From Xylographa opegraphella (Eukaryota): DNA of 64,000 nt. The notes below the pieces were generated by a model, which searched no databases, had not been told where the DNA came from, and was given only the letters and a program-made list of their open reading frames with translations. Position 1 is the stretch's first letter, and the number at the start of each line of letters is the position of its first letter. Location: assembly GCA_022813865.1 (NCBI GenBank), contig JALDZX010000054.1, forward strand, positions 1 through 64,000. The letters are read 5' to 3'. A program made the translations under genes and the position numbers. Shown in pieces: positions 37,296 through 49,454 of this stretch.

Positions 37296-38799
37296 GCTGG
37301 CCCGCCCAGGGAAGCGGCCACCTCTTCAGGTGGCGCTTGCTCGATCGACCTGGGAACACCTCTTACGGGTGGATGGCAGGAGTGTGATCCGATCTCCTCA
37401 TCCGGCTATGATATCTGCAGCCGCGTGAAGCTCGAGGGGTCAGGGTTGCGTGATATATAGTGAGTGCTCTGGCGGAAGCTCCAGAAGGATGTGGCAGCCC
37501 TAATGATACGGGCCGGCGCTGTGGGATGTAGAAATTCAAGGAGGGACTAACGCTGGATTTCAATTGGAAGGGGATCTCAGCAACGGATTGCACCCTAGCA
37601 CTCGACCCCACGAGACGCCATACACGGTCGTGGAAAGGAGATGTTCGTCACCGTGCGTGAAAAAGAAGGAAAGCAGGATCGTGGGCTGAGGTTACACGAG
37701 ATGGGGGACTGTCAACGTGTGAGAAGCAAGCGAGGATCCGTCCCGACAATCAGTTTCTTTCCCTCCCCCGGGGGGGGTGGATGGGCGGGCCAGGCCCTGG
37801 GACCATCACGCTAAGCACGAGTCAAGGGAGTGTGGCCTTCACCCTTTCCAGCGGCATTAGTGGCTCCAATGGACAAGGATTAGGGGGGTTTGGGGNGGGG
37901 GGGGGGGGGTGGGGGAGGAAAGAGAGCGCCCGCTGGGTGTGCTGATCAGTCAGTTACCAAAGTACTACTGCAGTATAGTATGTACGGTGTATGCCCCTCG
38001 ACCACTCGTCTGTCTGCAGGGGGCCAGCGTCTTGCATCCACGCGCGCCTTCTCCCCCCACCAGAGACGAAATCCAAGAGTCGTCGGGACATCCCCATCCC
38101 CGTCCCCATCGTTTCACCACGGACAAGCCTCCACTCCCATTCCGTGGCCAGTCACGCGCAGTTCCAAGGGCCCAAATGTACCGATCATGCAAGTGCGGGT
38201 TGCGGGTTGCGGGTTGTGCGGGTGTATAACGTTGGAGAACGTCCCATCCATCTTTCCCACATCCTCAGCATCGGGTGGCGTGGCACGACTCTGGAAAAGG
38301 CTACTGATCCTTCGGGGAGACTAGAACGAATAGGGTCCCGTGCTGTAAACTACCCCGCCACACGCCCCACTAACATCCCGGCCCCCGGGAGTCCTCCCAA
38401 CTGGCAGCTGCACCTAACCCAACCGCCTAAGGTAAGATAGACACAAACGCCCCCTCCCCCATGCTGGCCACGATCCAGGCTCACAATCCACCACGTCAAT
38501 GGCACTTCACTCATGGTGCATGGCTCATGAGAACATGAGACCATTTGGCCTGGATGCTTGCGACATGCAGAATGGCTGACAATGGCTGACGATGGCTCGA
38601 CGATGATGGCTGTCTGTCCTTGGTCCGGCTGCTGGCCAACCCACCGCACTGGACCCGGCCCGGCATGCTAACTTTAGCTTCCGGCAGCGAAAGCCTGTGG
38701 GCGGGATCGGCGGGGTCGGCTGTCGAACGAACGGCCCCGGACGGAAAGCTTGCGTCGAACCGGCCCTCACTTTGACCCCAAAACTCCCTCTTTGCAACT

Positions 38800-39154
38800 T
38801 GCAAAGCCTGCAAAGCCTGCAAAGCCTGCAAAGCCTGCAAAGCCTGCAAAGCCTGCAAAGCCTNNNNNNNNNNNNNNNNNTGCAAAGCCTGCAAAGCCTG
38901 CAAAGCCTGCAAAGCCTGCAAAGCCTGCAAAGCCTGCAAAGCCTGCAAAGCCTGCAAAGCCTGCAAAGCCTGCAAAGCCTGCAAAGCCTGCAAAGCCTGC
39001 AAAGCCTGCAAAGCCTGCAAAGCCTGCAAAGCCTGCAAAGCCTGCAAAGCCTGCAAAGCCTGCAAAGCCTGCAAAGCCTGCAAAGCCTGCAAAGCCTGCA
39101 AAGCCTGCAAAGCCTGCAAAGCCTGCAAAGCCTGCAAAGCCTGCAAAGCCTGCA
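38800..39154. repeat. Perfect 9-bp minisatellite (tgcaaagcc)n, at least ~37 copies, spanning an assembly gap (N 38864-38880)
   Basis: Directly visible. Confidence 0.97.
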
Positions 39155-39388
39155 GCGACGCCGAGTCAGGATGGCAACAGCCATCAAGAGCCAGCACCAA
39201 TGCCGTACACCGGCGGCCGTTCTACCAGTACATCCGTCTGCGCGCAGCTGCGCATGTCAGTCCCTTGGTGACCGCCCACTCCACCACACCACACCGTCCA
39301 ACCAAATCTTGCAATCCACACCCTCCCCCCACTTCTCGCCCGCCAACCTCGCCTCGATCCTCTCGACTCTGCTCTGCTGTACTTGACT

Positions 39389-41482
39389 CTACGTGACGGA
39401 GATGCTGATGATCTTAATGTCCTCCTCCGGCTTCTCCTTGTACACCCGACAATTCTCGATCTTATGCACCACGTCCAAGCCCTGCACCGCCCGTCCGAAG
39501 ATGGTGTGCTTCTTGTCCAGCCACGGCGTTTTCTGTCACAACACGTCAGCAGCCCCCCTTCGCCAATGCTTGTACAGAATGAGAGCCCGGCCGACGAACG
39601 AAAAACTTACTTCGGTCGTGATGAAGAACTGGGACCCGTTGGTGTTGGGCCCGGCGTTGGCCATGCTGACCGTGTAGGCCTTGTCGTGCCGCAGCGTCGA
39701 GAACTCGTCCGCGAACTCCGTGCCCCAGATGCTCTCGCCGCCCGTGCCGTCGCCGAGCGGGTCCCCGCCCTGGATCATGAACTTGCGGATCACGCGGTGG
39801 AAGATGGTGTTGTTGTAGTAGCCCGTGCGCGCGTGCGTCACAAAGTTCTCCACCGCCTTCGGCGCCGCTTCGGGGAAGAGGCGGAGGTGGATGTCGCCGT
39901 AGCTGGTGTGCATGATCGCCGCCGTCCCGCTCTCGGCCGCTTTGGCTTCCGTCGCCGGGCGGGAGCCGAGCATCTTCGGCTTCTCGTTCTGCACATCCCT
40001 CGTGCCTTTGCTGACGTCCTCCTCGTTCGTGAAGATGTAGAACCGGACCTTGCCCGACCCGGTCGACACCAGCATCGGATCCCTCTCCTCCGCTTCCTGC
40101 AAGAGCGGGTTGGCGCTGGCGGCCATCTGGGCAGTCACAACCACTTTCTTCTGCGGCTGCCCTTGATAGATCGCCAGGTGCAAGGACCGAAATGGCTCGT
40201 CCCTTCCGTACACTTTGACCACGCGGTTGGTGAGCGTGTTGATCACCTTGGTCCCCAGCAGTGAGCCGTAGAGGATAAAGTGCCCGGACTCGTCGAAGAT
40301 GACGTTGATCTTGTTCTGCAGCGCAGGGTTCTCCAATTCTCGTTCCACCGCCAGGCGTCGTCCAAACTCAACGTCCTCGAGCTTCTGCAGCGCAGTACCG
40401 GCCTGCTGCATTTCTGTCAACGTAAGTATGGACTCATCGTACGTCCGGTACAGTTTTCCGGTCGCGAAATCGAACACTCGGATTTTCCGATCGGGGAAGG
40501 AGAAGGTGGCGAATTGCGAACCCGATGTCGAGATCGTGATGGAGGACGGTAATGACTTGGATTTCTTGAACTCAAATAGATTGGTAGAACTCTTGTACTC
40601 GAACACGTTGTCGGGCTTCTCGTGAGTCCCGCCCGGCCTCCAATACTCTATCATTCCATTTTCATCTCCCGAAATGACACAGTCATATGCTCCGTTATAA
40701 GCCATCACGATCACAGGACTCCGGTGTAGATCAGGAATCGAATCGACGGGTGTCGGGGAGAGACCCTGTCCATCGTAGATGTTGATGACGTGTCCAATCT
40801 CCTCCGATACTGCAAGCAGAGGCTCTGAAGCACCACGTCTATGAACCCAGCATATCGACAGAGGAATAGACTGTAGCTGTAACATGGCCAAAAGATCTAC
40901 CAACGACTGTCAGCCGCACGGCAGCTCCCACTCCCCGACGAAATCCTACATACCAAACGTAACAACATCAAAGATCTTGACAGTATTATCAACCCCCGCA
41001 GTTGCGAAGCTCCTCCCATCCTGACTCACGGAAACACTCCTGATTTCGCCGGCATGCGCCTTGAACTCCTTGACAAACTCGATCCCGACGGCATCCTTCT
41101 TCCAGAACTTGACCACGCCATCGACCGAGCTGGTGATGAGGAAATCCGTCAACGGGGCCATGGTCACGAACGACAGCTGCTCCTTGTGCATGAGCGACTT
41201 CGAGTACCGGCCCGACGACGGCAGGGCCGAGATGTATAGCTTCTCGTACGGGAGCTTCCGCCGTTTCTTCTTCGGAGCCGACGAGGGCAAGGCCGGGCCG
41301 ATATCGGAGGAGGAGGAACTTTCTAGATGTTCCTGGCATCAGTCGTGCGTTCGGATGTGTTTCGTGGTGGAGAGGAGCTTACCATTGCCGTTCGCACCGG
41401 TGACACCATCTCTATCAGCCCCTTCTAACTCCTCACGCGGTCGCTTGGCAGGACGGGGCGACGCAGGTTCGTTGGCCGACAT
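39389..41482 (-). CDS. cyp15: WD40-repeat peptidyl-prolyl cis-trans isomerase (Cyp15/PPWD1), multi-exon
   Basis: [30 protein letters not shown] repeats. Cyclophilin domain [70 protein letters not shown]. Stop at 39389. Confidence 0.95.
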
Positions 41483-41903
41483 ATTGTTCTGTCTTCTAGA
41501 AAGATTCGTTCGCTGACATATCGTTTCGTGTTCTAGGACAGTGAAGAGTACCGTCGTCCTTGGGACTGTAAATTGAAGAGCCTCATTGCAGGGTAGCTGC
41601 AACAAATGTGAATAATTCCGTACTAACAAATCACGCTAGAGTTCTAGCGCACGTGCCGCTATAAATGATCGAGGTAAGGAGGGAAAGGTGGCTATTACAT
41701 TGACTAAAGTATCCGACCTTTTCTTCATGCAGCATAGCAGCTGAACAGACCCCATCAGAGAATGCTTAGCCGCCGCTGAGTGATCGCCTAGCTCATAACA
41801 TCCTACAAATAATAATAGAGAATGCTACTCCGTATTCCCAAGTGATAATTCCGATCTCTCATGAGACGAACCTTTCCCCGTCCACTACAGAAATACTATC
41901 CCC

Positions 41904-44900
41904 TCACAGCACCTCACACTCCAACCTTGACATCTCCAACATCCCCACCGCAGCGACCCCAACCCCTATTCGCGCTCCCATCCCCACGCCCATAAAGTCC
42001 ACATCCCACTCCCAGTCCGCCTCCTCTTCCTGCGACCAGCGCCCATCCAGAGGCGGAACATGGATCGCAAACGAGCCACGCGCGGGCCCGCTCTCGTCGT
42101 CAGACCAGTAGCCCTCGTCATCGTCCCTCATGTCCACGTGATATGCGCGTTCAACATAGCGCTCCGCGGCACTCGTGAGTCCTTCACAACGAGAGGTCGA
42201 CGTGTCCCTTGATCGATCGCCCAAGAGAAATGAAGCCGCACCATCATAGCCAGCAGAGCGGAGCGGCGGAGCATCGCGCATGACAACATCGCCATCGCTG
42301 TCTTCGAGATCGATCACGGCGCCATTTCCCAGCACGGCCCTCTTCCGGATCCTGCTCTCTCTGCCGTCGTTGATCTGCCACGTAGTCGCCATACCATCAG
42401 CTGCGAACGCCCATATCGTCAAGCTTCCGCCCGAGCTATCGACTGCAACATCCACGAGACCGTCGATGATCCCGATCTCCAATCCTGAAAATCGTAGTGG
42501 TTGCGCTGTCTTCTTCGGACCGGAGCCTTCACAGATTTGTTTTAAATGCTGGCAGCTTTCGTCAAAAAGCATGTCTGGCGGTACGCAGAACAGCCACACC
42601 CGCTCGCCATACCCGACGGCGACTCTAGCCCCCCATCTCAATTCTCCGCCCGCAGTGTAGACCGTTGGAATTGCACCCGTAGGACCCTCGAAAACAATCT
42701 TGCGCTCTAGCTTCGTGGGGCCCCCAACCGGCGTATCACTCCCTAAGCACAGCTGGCCACTCTCTGGATCCGTGAACAAAACCAACTTTCCATCCGCTAG
42801 CGGGACCGCTCTATAATGCTCGCTTGCGCGTCTTCTGTCTCCCAAGCCATATACCCCCGCGGTACGGCTCGTCAAGGCCCCTTTCTGCCCTTCGGCTCCA
42901 GCACTACTGATCAGTCTGAGCTTCTTCCCACTGTCGACACCTTTCCTTGGCGGAAGAAAGAATAAGAAATCCGACGGCGCCGTGAGCGGGAACCAGCGAT
43001 TCAAATCCTGACCCGTCAACGCATCCACCCAGTGGAGCTCGATACCGGTCGCACAGCCGAAGGCGACACAACGGCGCTGTGGACAGATAGCCACGCTCAG
43101 CGGAGGATCGTCGGCGGAGCACAGGTCACGGTAAATGCTACGGCGGCCGGTCTCGATGGGAATACCGGTGGAGAAGCTGTTTGTGGCTTGAAGAAACGAG
43201 CCAGGCACACAATCGGTGGCGAGAGGAGAGGTATCGTAGGCGAGTTGGTGGGTCTGAACATGCTGGGAATGCTGTTCTTGAGGTCCGATGTCTTGCTGCC
43301 GCGATGACAGAGTAAGGCTCCGACCCACCAGCCCTTGTGCGCAGATGGAACGTACAATCTGTTCCTCCATCTCCCACGTCGCCGCTCTCGAGTCCTCCTT
43401 TCGATACTGCACCAGTTTGGCCAGATCCAAATCACAGACCAAGCCCATCCGATCGTCCAGTAAGGCTGCTACTGCATATCGCCGACTCGACGTGTCCATG
43501 CTCACAGCCAATACGCGCTTCGGACAGATGACGCTGGTGAAGGGCTCGAGGAGGCCTCCATGGACAGACGCACGACCTCGAGGATCCAAAAGTCTGTAAA
43601 TGTAGATCAGACAGCCTTCCACGACTAGGACATACTTGCCACAAACACTGGCCGTAAAGTGAAGCGCAGCGCCCGTGTCCTCCCAGGCGGTGTACCTGTT
43701 GCTGAGCTCGGAGAAATCAGTGTGGGAGGTGAAGCGCATGCCTGATGTTGTCTCAAGAGCATTGCTCTCTGGCTGCTCGCTTGGGCCATCCCATTGGGCT
43801 CCCCGTATACTCACCCCACTGCTATTGTCGAGGCCGTTCCCCTTCCAGCCATATGCGATCGAGCATTCGGTAGCCAGCCGCTTGCTGAGCCACCACTCCT
43901 CCATTTCTGCCGTCCCACCACTCGCACTTCTCGCCTCCCGATCGGCAAGCACACAACCCCACCATCCTCCGCGCATACACATCTCCTCTAGCAATCCCCT
44001 TTCCAGCCCAGCAATCATCCAAGACCGACAAGCTCGCCGCGCAGCATTGAAATCCTGTGGGTCCAGCTGCCAGTATATCATTTGCAGCACTTCCGCCGGT
44101 CCGCTCTGTGCTGGTGAAAATCCTTGTCGGCGATCCAGAAGCCTTGATACAGCAGAGCCCCGGAACAGAACTGCCCACGTGGCTGTGACTCCCAGGTACC
44201 AGCTCTTACACGTCAGTCGGAGCGCGACGTATGCCGAAAAATCAAGGTATTGGCTCAAGCACGCCCACACATCTCGAGGCAGCTCTCGTCCGGGCATCGC
44301 CAAACCTGCAAGCTCCAGCAACGCGAATGTATCCCGGTGCCCTCCGAATCGCGAGAGATCAAGACCCGACTCCCACGTGGAAGCGCGGCTTAATAGGAAC
44401 GTACCTCCGAATGTCGACGCTTGTGAATTTCGTTCTTGCAGCAGCAAACTACTTGTGCTAGCGCCGCTGCGAGGCTCGATGATTCTTTCATCAGAGGCCC
44501 AGGACTTCACGTGCGGAATAAGGTATGGCGTAGGCGGTTGCGCGTTGCTGAAGTTGGCGTTGCCGGTCCCTTCCATACTGCTGGGCCCAGCGCGGCGGCG
44601 GGCAGTGGCACGTGACATGAGATGATGATTGTGGTGCGGATCGAGGAGGATGGCGCGACCGCGGACCGGTACCTCAGTGTCAAGGGAAGGAGAATCTGCG
44701 CCGCTGGAAGAGTCTTCTTCAGAGGAAACGGAGACATCAGCGTCGTCGCTGGGAGGCGGACCAGGTGAGTCAGCGCGGGAACGGACGGGCGAGAAATCGG
44801 CAGTGTCGTGAACCGTGGGAGGTTGGAACGAGGGTTCGGTAGAGTCGTCGGTTACATTTAATGTCCAACGGACGTGGTTTGCGGAGGAGGAAGATGTCAT
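41904..44900 (-). CDS. Fungal F-box protein with conserved C-terminal (probably beta-propeller-like) region; start uncertain
   Basis: Single long ORF with two F-box-like motifs (LPRDVW..YLDFSAYVALRLTCKSW; PAEVLQMIYWQLDPQDFNAARRACRSW) and C-terminal SVAICPQRRCVAFGC..IELHWVDALTGQDLNRWFPLTAPSDFLFFLPPR. Confidence 0.75.
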   Translation of the reverse strand: MTSSSSANHVRWTLNVTDDSTEPSFQPPTVHDTADFSPVRSRADSPGPPPSDDADVSVSSEEDSSSGADSPSLDTEVPVRGRAILLDPHHNHHLMSRATARRRAGPSSMEGTGNANFSNAQPPTPYLIPHVKSWASDERIIEPRSGASTSSLLLQERNSQASTFGGTFLLSRASTWESGLDLSRFGGHRDTFALLELAGLAMPGRELPRDVWACLSQYLDFSAYVALRLTCKSWYLGVTATWAVLFRGSAVSRLLDRRQGFSPAQSGPAEVLQMIYWQLDPQDFNAARRACRSWMIAGLERGLLEEMCMRGGWWGCVLADREARSASGGTAEMEEWWLSKRLATECSIAYGWKGNGLDNSSGVSIRGAQWDGPSEQPESNALETTSGMRFTSHTDFSELSNRYTAWEDTGAALHFTASVCGKYVLVVEGCLIYIYRLLDPRGRASVHGGLLEPFTSVICPKRVLAVSMDTSSRRYAVAALLDDRMGLVCDLDLAKLVQYRKEDSRAATWEMEEQIVRSICAQGLVGRSLTLSSRQQDIGPQEQHSQHVQTHQLAYDTSPLATDCVPGSFLQATNSFSTGIPIETGRRSIYRDLCSADDPPLSVAICPQRRCVAFGCATGIELHWVDALTGQDLNRWFPLTAPSDFLFFLPPRKGVDSGKKLRLISSAGAEGQKGALTSRTAGVYGLGDRRRASEHYRAVPLADGKLVLFTDPESGQLCLGSDTPVGGPTKLERKIVFEGPTGAIPTVYTAGGELRWGARVAVGYGERVWLFCVPPDMLFDESCQHLKQICEGSGPKKTAQPLRFSGLEIGIIDGLVDVAVDSSGGSLTIWAFAADGMATTWQINDGRESRIRKRAVLGNGAVIDLEDSDGDVVMRDAPPLRSAGYDGAASFLLGDRSRDTSTSRCEGLTSAAERYVERAYHVDMRDDDEGYWSDDESGPARGSFAIHVPPLDGRWSQEEEADWEWDVDFMGVGMGARIGVGVAAVGMLEMSRLECEVL

Positions 44901-45495
44901 GGTAGAGAGTTTCGAGATCGAAATAGGTGCAGCTTCGATATGCTGTACAGGGGTAGGGTTCGTAGTTGTTAGGAAGTGGTCTTCGGAGAAGGTGAACCGT
45001 TGACGAGCAGTCGCGGAAGGAGAGTCGGGGTAGTGGATAGCAATGGACACGGACGGAGAGCCAAGAGTGAGGATTTGGAAAGAAGGGTGCTCGAAAAATG
45101 AGACGAGAGCTGTGGTTGAGTCGGGCCGTGGGTGTGGAGATGGAGAGGAGGAAGAGGCAATGCCTCGAGAGAGAAGGACTTGAGAAGACGTGGTGGCGAC
45201 AATGGTGGACTGCTGGACGCTTCCGGAGCGTTAGAGTGTTGCAGGAATCATCAAACCAGTAGGATACGATTGCTGAATAACGAGTGTTTTTGAAGAGAAA
45301 TATAGGTACAGCACGAGCTGTGAAGATACTAGTAACTCTTTTACAACGAATATGAGAAATCTGTAGACCAAATATGAATGACGCAAGCCCGCTATACAGA
45401 ACCAAGAGCTCCTTCCCAATCTGGTATCTTTAATGGGGGAAGAGCGCCAAACGCCTTGTCGCACGCCAGGAATCTGCTTTAACGCAATTTTATCA

Positions 45496-48240
45496 TTACA
45501 CATTGTCTTCCCCGCCACCATTCGAAGCATGATGAGTACCGTTGGCACGGTTTTTTGATACCCATGCGCCTTCTAGCGGAGTAATGAGGCTCGGGTTGAT
45601 GAACCTCAAACCCGTCTGCTCGCTTGTGTCAACGACTCTGCCCTCCTCGGTGTCATTGTCGAACCTCGATTGACTGAGAGAGATCACTTCGGCGTCATCA
45701 TCTCGATGTAAGCTTCTAAGAGCGATGAATTTCATCAAGGGGTCATAAGACCGGGTGTAGAAATACCCGAACCAGACCGTGCTAGCCAGTAAGGGTATCA
45801 CAAGTAATGAGCGTTTGATAGCCGTAAGAAGCGCTAGCTGGCCAGCCATAGCTAGTTGAAAGACCAGCAGTCCGACGATTACACGGTGGCAGATGATTGA
45901 CCAAGCTCTTCCTGTGGAGTGCTTACGGTGATCCATGGCATACAGGAGCTGGTACTTGTATATGAAGCTGCCAATGATGAAGTAGATCAACCCGAAAAGC
46001 GTCACGAGCTCACCTTTTGGTAAGATGCTGTACACAATGCACACAATGAATATGAAAAGCGTCTGCGGTAAGAAGAATCCATAGCTGAACATTGGAGGCT
46101 GGACGAGTTCTGCATAATCTGAACATCAGGTTAGTATCAAAGCAGGTGCTGTACATATTCAACTACGTACCTCTTGGGGTCTTTGCTCCCATAAGGTACA
46201 CTGGATAGAGTGACACGGCACCGAACTCAAGCAATCGGAATGGAAAGAGTCCCAGTCCTTGTAGGATGATAAGATTCATGTAGAAAGGAGCGAGCTTTCC
46301 AAGGGCTTTGGCGAGAACCCACGATATTCGGGACAAGTCTCTAAGCTGCTCTCCAAGTAGATCTCGAGCTTCAAAGATATTTGAAACTGTTCCGAATACA
46401 GTAAAAACAACAAAGAGATTGAAGAAAGTGAAGAAATAATTCTTCGAGATGATAGACATCTCAACATCGCCTTGCGATATCATACCCTGAAGGTTCGAGA
46501 GCCCTAACGATCACATTAATCCAAATCTGCTGCATGACAACAAACTGGAAGGTACCTACACTCATAGAGATACGGAACAATCACGTTCAATAAAGAGATG
46601 ACCAAAGTCGGTAAGCCAGTCTGTACAAGAGATCGTACAATCTCATGTCTTTCCAGTGCATCGGCAAGGGCAGGAGAAACCTTCCGTATCGTGGCTAGAT
46701 TAAGCAGTGCAGCAATAGCGATGAGCAGAAACCACCAAACCACCGTGAGAAGCGTTACGATTGCCGTTATGGTCCATGCCCTAGTCATTCTATTCGTGCG
46801 CGATAGGTAAGTGTTCTTCCACACAACATCAGCAGGAGCTGGTGAACTATTGACCATAAGTTGCATGGGTTCGGGATCGATGATGGCTTGTACCGCCATT
46901 TGCTGCGATTGAAGATTAGCATGTGCCAGGATAAATTACAGAAAGCACTCACGCATGCTGAAATTGAATCCAGAGTCACGAATGCCAACGGTGTAGGCGG
47001 ATATTTCTTCTTTCGTGCTTCTCTGATTCGGTCATCGAGCTTTCGCAACTTCTCCTCATAATAATCGATCGCATCGATGCTCCGACTTTGAAGATTCATA
47101 AACCCAAACCATATTTTTGTTGTCGGTCGGTCATGAGCGTAACTAGTCACGTGATCCTGCTCGCCATTTGCATGCCCAAGTAAGCCTGATTGCTCATCGT
47201 CCTCGTCCTCATGATCGGTCTCCCGACGACGTTCCCGCGATAATCTTTCCAGGGTCTTAGGTCGATGAAAGCCAAGATGTGCCGTCCATGCTTCCTCGAG
47301 TTTCCTCAGAACGGACATGCGTTCTTTCATCAGGTCATCGAGCTCCTTCCATTCTCTACAAAGCATGACACTCTCGACTTTACCAATCTCAAGCTCCTCG
47401 ATTGTCTCTTTGATCTGCTCTTCACTCCTAAGATGTCTCGGAATGCCGGAAAGACGAATTGTCCGATCGGTGACAGATGAATGGGTGCCAAGATATGTTT
47501 GTCGAATACGAATTATCCTCTTTGTCTCGTTGACTATCAAGTACATAGCTGCAATGCTGAAAAGGTAGACGAAGATAACGTATATCCACAAGTAGTCCGT
47601 CGACATCAAGTCCCCCAAGCCAGGACTCGTAGAATTTTTGTGCTTTTCATTCTCAAAACTTGGCGGCTGTGATAGGGTGCTAGAGGGGGCGAAGGTGGCA
47701 TTGGTAGCGGGAGGAAGGTCAGGCAAATTGTCGGAGGTATCGAAATTCTTGTGGACTGGGTAGATAACCGTAAGACAGAAGAAAAGCACAAATGCTAGAT
47801 ACTTGATGGCCATCTTGAAAAACGCCAAAAACTACACAAAGGGTTGGTCAAGTTGTGATAAGTGGTTCGCAAAGGACAGAGTGATGACCGACCACAAAGG
47901 CATCCAGTCCTGCGGATGCAAGTACCTCTTCCTCCGTGATACTGTATAAAACGGGGATCCATCCGAATGCTGTGTCCGGTAGTTCAGGTAATTTCGCTGC
48001 ATCGTTTTTCTGCCTCTTGCGTGCCGCATAGAGAGCGGTCCATCGTGGCCGCAGGAACTTAGTCAAAGATTAGTATCAAATTCTTGTTGATATGATGAGA
48101 CGTACGCAGAACGTTAGAAAGGCGCTCAGTCCAAGCACAATGGAAATGGTCGCCTGCGTGGCCAAATCTGTCCTGACATGAGTCTGCTGATCCAGCTGAC
48201 CTCGGGTTTGGTTATTCGATGATATCCAGAAGTCCGCCAT
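45496..48240 (-). CDS. CSC1/OSCA/TMEM63 (DUF221, RSN1/PHM7-like) calcium-permeable stress-gated channel, multi-exon
   Basis: N-terminal TM then FLRPRWTALYAARK, FGWIPVLYSITEEEVLASAGLDAFV, TDRTIRLSGIP, LAFVTLDS, SPAPADVVWKN, KNYFFTFFNLFVVFT, YKYQLLYAMDH..STGRAW. Confidence 0.92.
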
Positions 48241-49101
48241 GTTCCAATAATGCAGAAACGTATACTGAGGGTTGCGCTGACACGCAGTTGGATAGGTAAA
48301 GTGCACTGCAAATAGCCTAGCGCGTTCATCCTTTCGAAAGCTTCAATGACGATGATTTGGCGCTTATCCTAGCGGGAGTTTGTCAGATCTGGTCCCCCGT
48401 AGATACCCGAGAGTCCTCAAAAGCCGCTAACGCAGCGTCCAAGACCAGATACCTTAGTTTTCTGTCAAATACTACAGCAACTTCCTACCAACCGCGATGC
48501 TCTTCATTAAACGTCTGTATCTTTTCTCCCGCACGTAGTGTGACATTACTTTCAGAATGCTGTTTTTGTCTGACGAGATGATGGCCTCTCTGTGTATAAA
48601 ATATAAGCCGATGACTTATTCCCAAACACCTCAACAGGAGCTGTACTAAATTACCTTGTAGACTATGGGTATCTTAACACAAGAGATTCCCCCTTGGTAC
48701 CGAGTCCACTTGTTATATTTTTCTCCGAATGGAAACGAACCATGGTTGCTGCGTGATATCTTTATCTTAGCAGCCGGCATCTTCGTTTACTGTTATCTTT
48801 ACACGAGACATACATATTGTTAGAACTTCTCCTACTAGAGGCTCATCCATTTCATACGTATCACAGTCTCAATTAAGCAGCGATGTAAGTTCATTTCGTA
48901 AGCTACTGTCCTGACTAGAGTGCGCACCAGAACAAATGCAGCTTCAAGCCTAGCAAGAACCCACATTTCCTGTTTCCCATTCCGTCCCACATACCCTCCG
49001 ATGGCCCTTGCACCAGAGGAGCTTTAACACCCACCACGAGTAGAGAATAAAAGCTGCAAGCCCACTTAAAGTTCGACTTTTGGCGCATTGGTAAGGAGCC
49101 C

Positions 49102-49454
49102 CTATTCGGAAGCGGCGATAATACGGTGCAAGATGTCGACGTTGGTGATCTCACTAGGTGGCTTGCAGCAGCAGCAAGCGGCGCGGTCTGTCCGTAAACT
49201 ATGAGTAAGAAGCCACCAGCAGTGAAGGTATATACATGTAACGGACCGGTATTGGCCAGCTCCTCAGCGGTGAAGAAGCTCTTGTTGATGGCGCGGCGGA
49301 GGAGGTTGCCGATGGCGTCGCCACCTGATCAGCATTAGGAATGGCCACTTCTGTAAAGCGGAACCACGAGATGGAGGAGCTTACGCTTCTCAGTTGTGGG
49401 AGCAGCCATAGCGAGGGTGGCGCAGGCGAGGAGAATGATGGATGAGAACTGCAT
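49102..49454 (-). CDS. Small secreted Cys4 prepropeptide, 77 aa (candidate DUF3328 substrate / RiPP precursor); exons 49454-49385, 49324-49247, 49187-49102
   Basis: Spliced translation MQFSSIILLACATLAMAAPTTEKRGDAIGNLLRRAINKSFFTAEELANTDRAACCCCKPPSEITNVDILHRIIAASE*. It has a classic signal peptide ending AxA/AP and a KR site. Intron 1 is GTAAGC..CTAAT..CAG (60 nt); intron 2 is GTCCGT..CTCAT..CAG (59 nt). Codon usage is strongly C-ending in all three exons. Exon 3 frame depends on the weaker second donor. Confidence 0.75.

Noticed and set aside
38511..39386. ORFs encoding (LQA)n, (CRL)n, (QSL)n or (AKP)n
   Set aside because: By-products of a 9-bp perfect repeat that has no stops. Flanks lack coding character and there is no synonymous variation.
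39383..40264. Long antisense ORFs over cyp15 (and similar ones over ATP11, the 4CL-like, F-box and LYAR genes)
   Set aside because: Shadow ORFs caused by high GC3 on the true coding strand.
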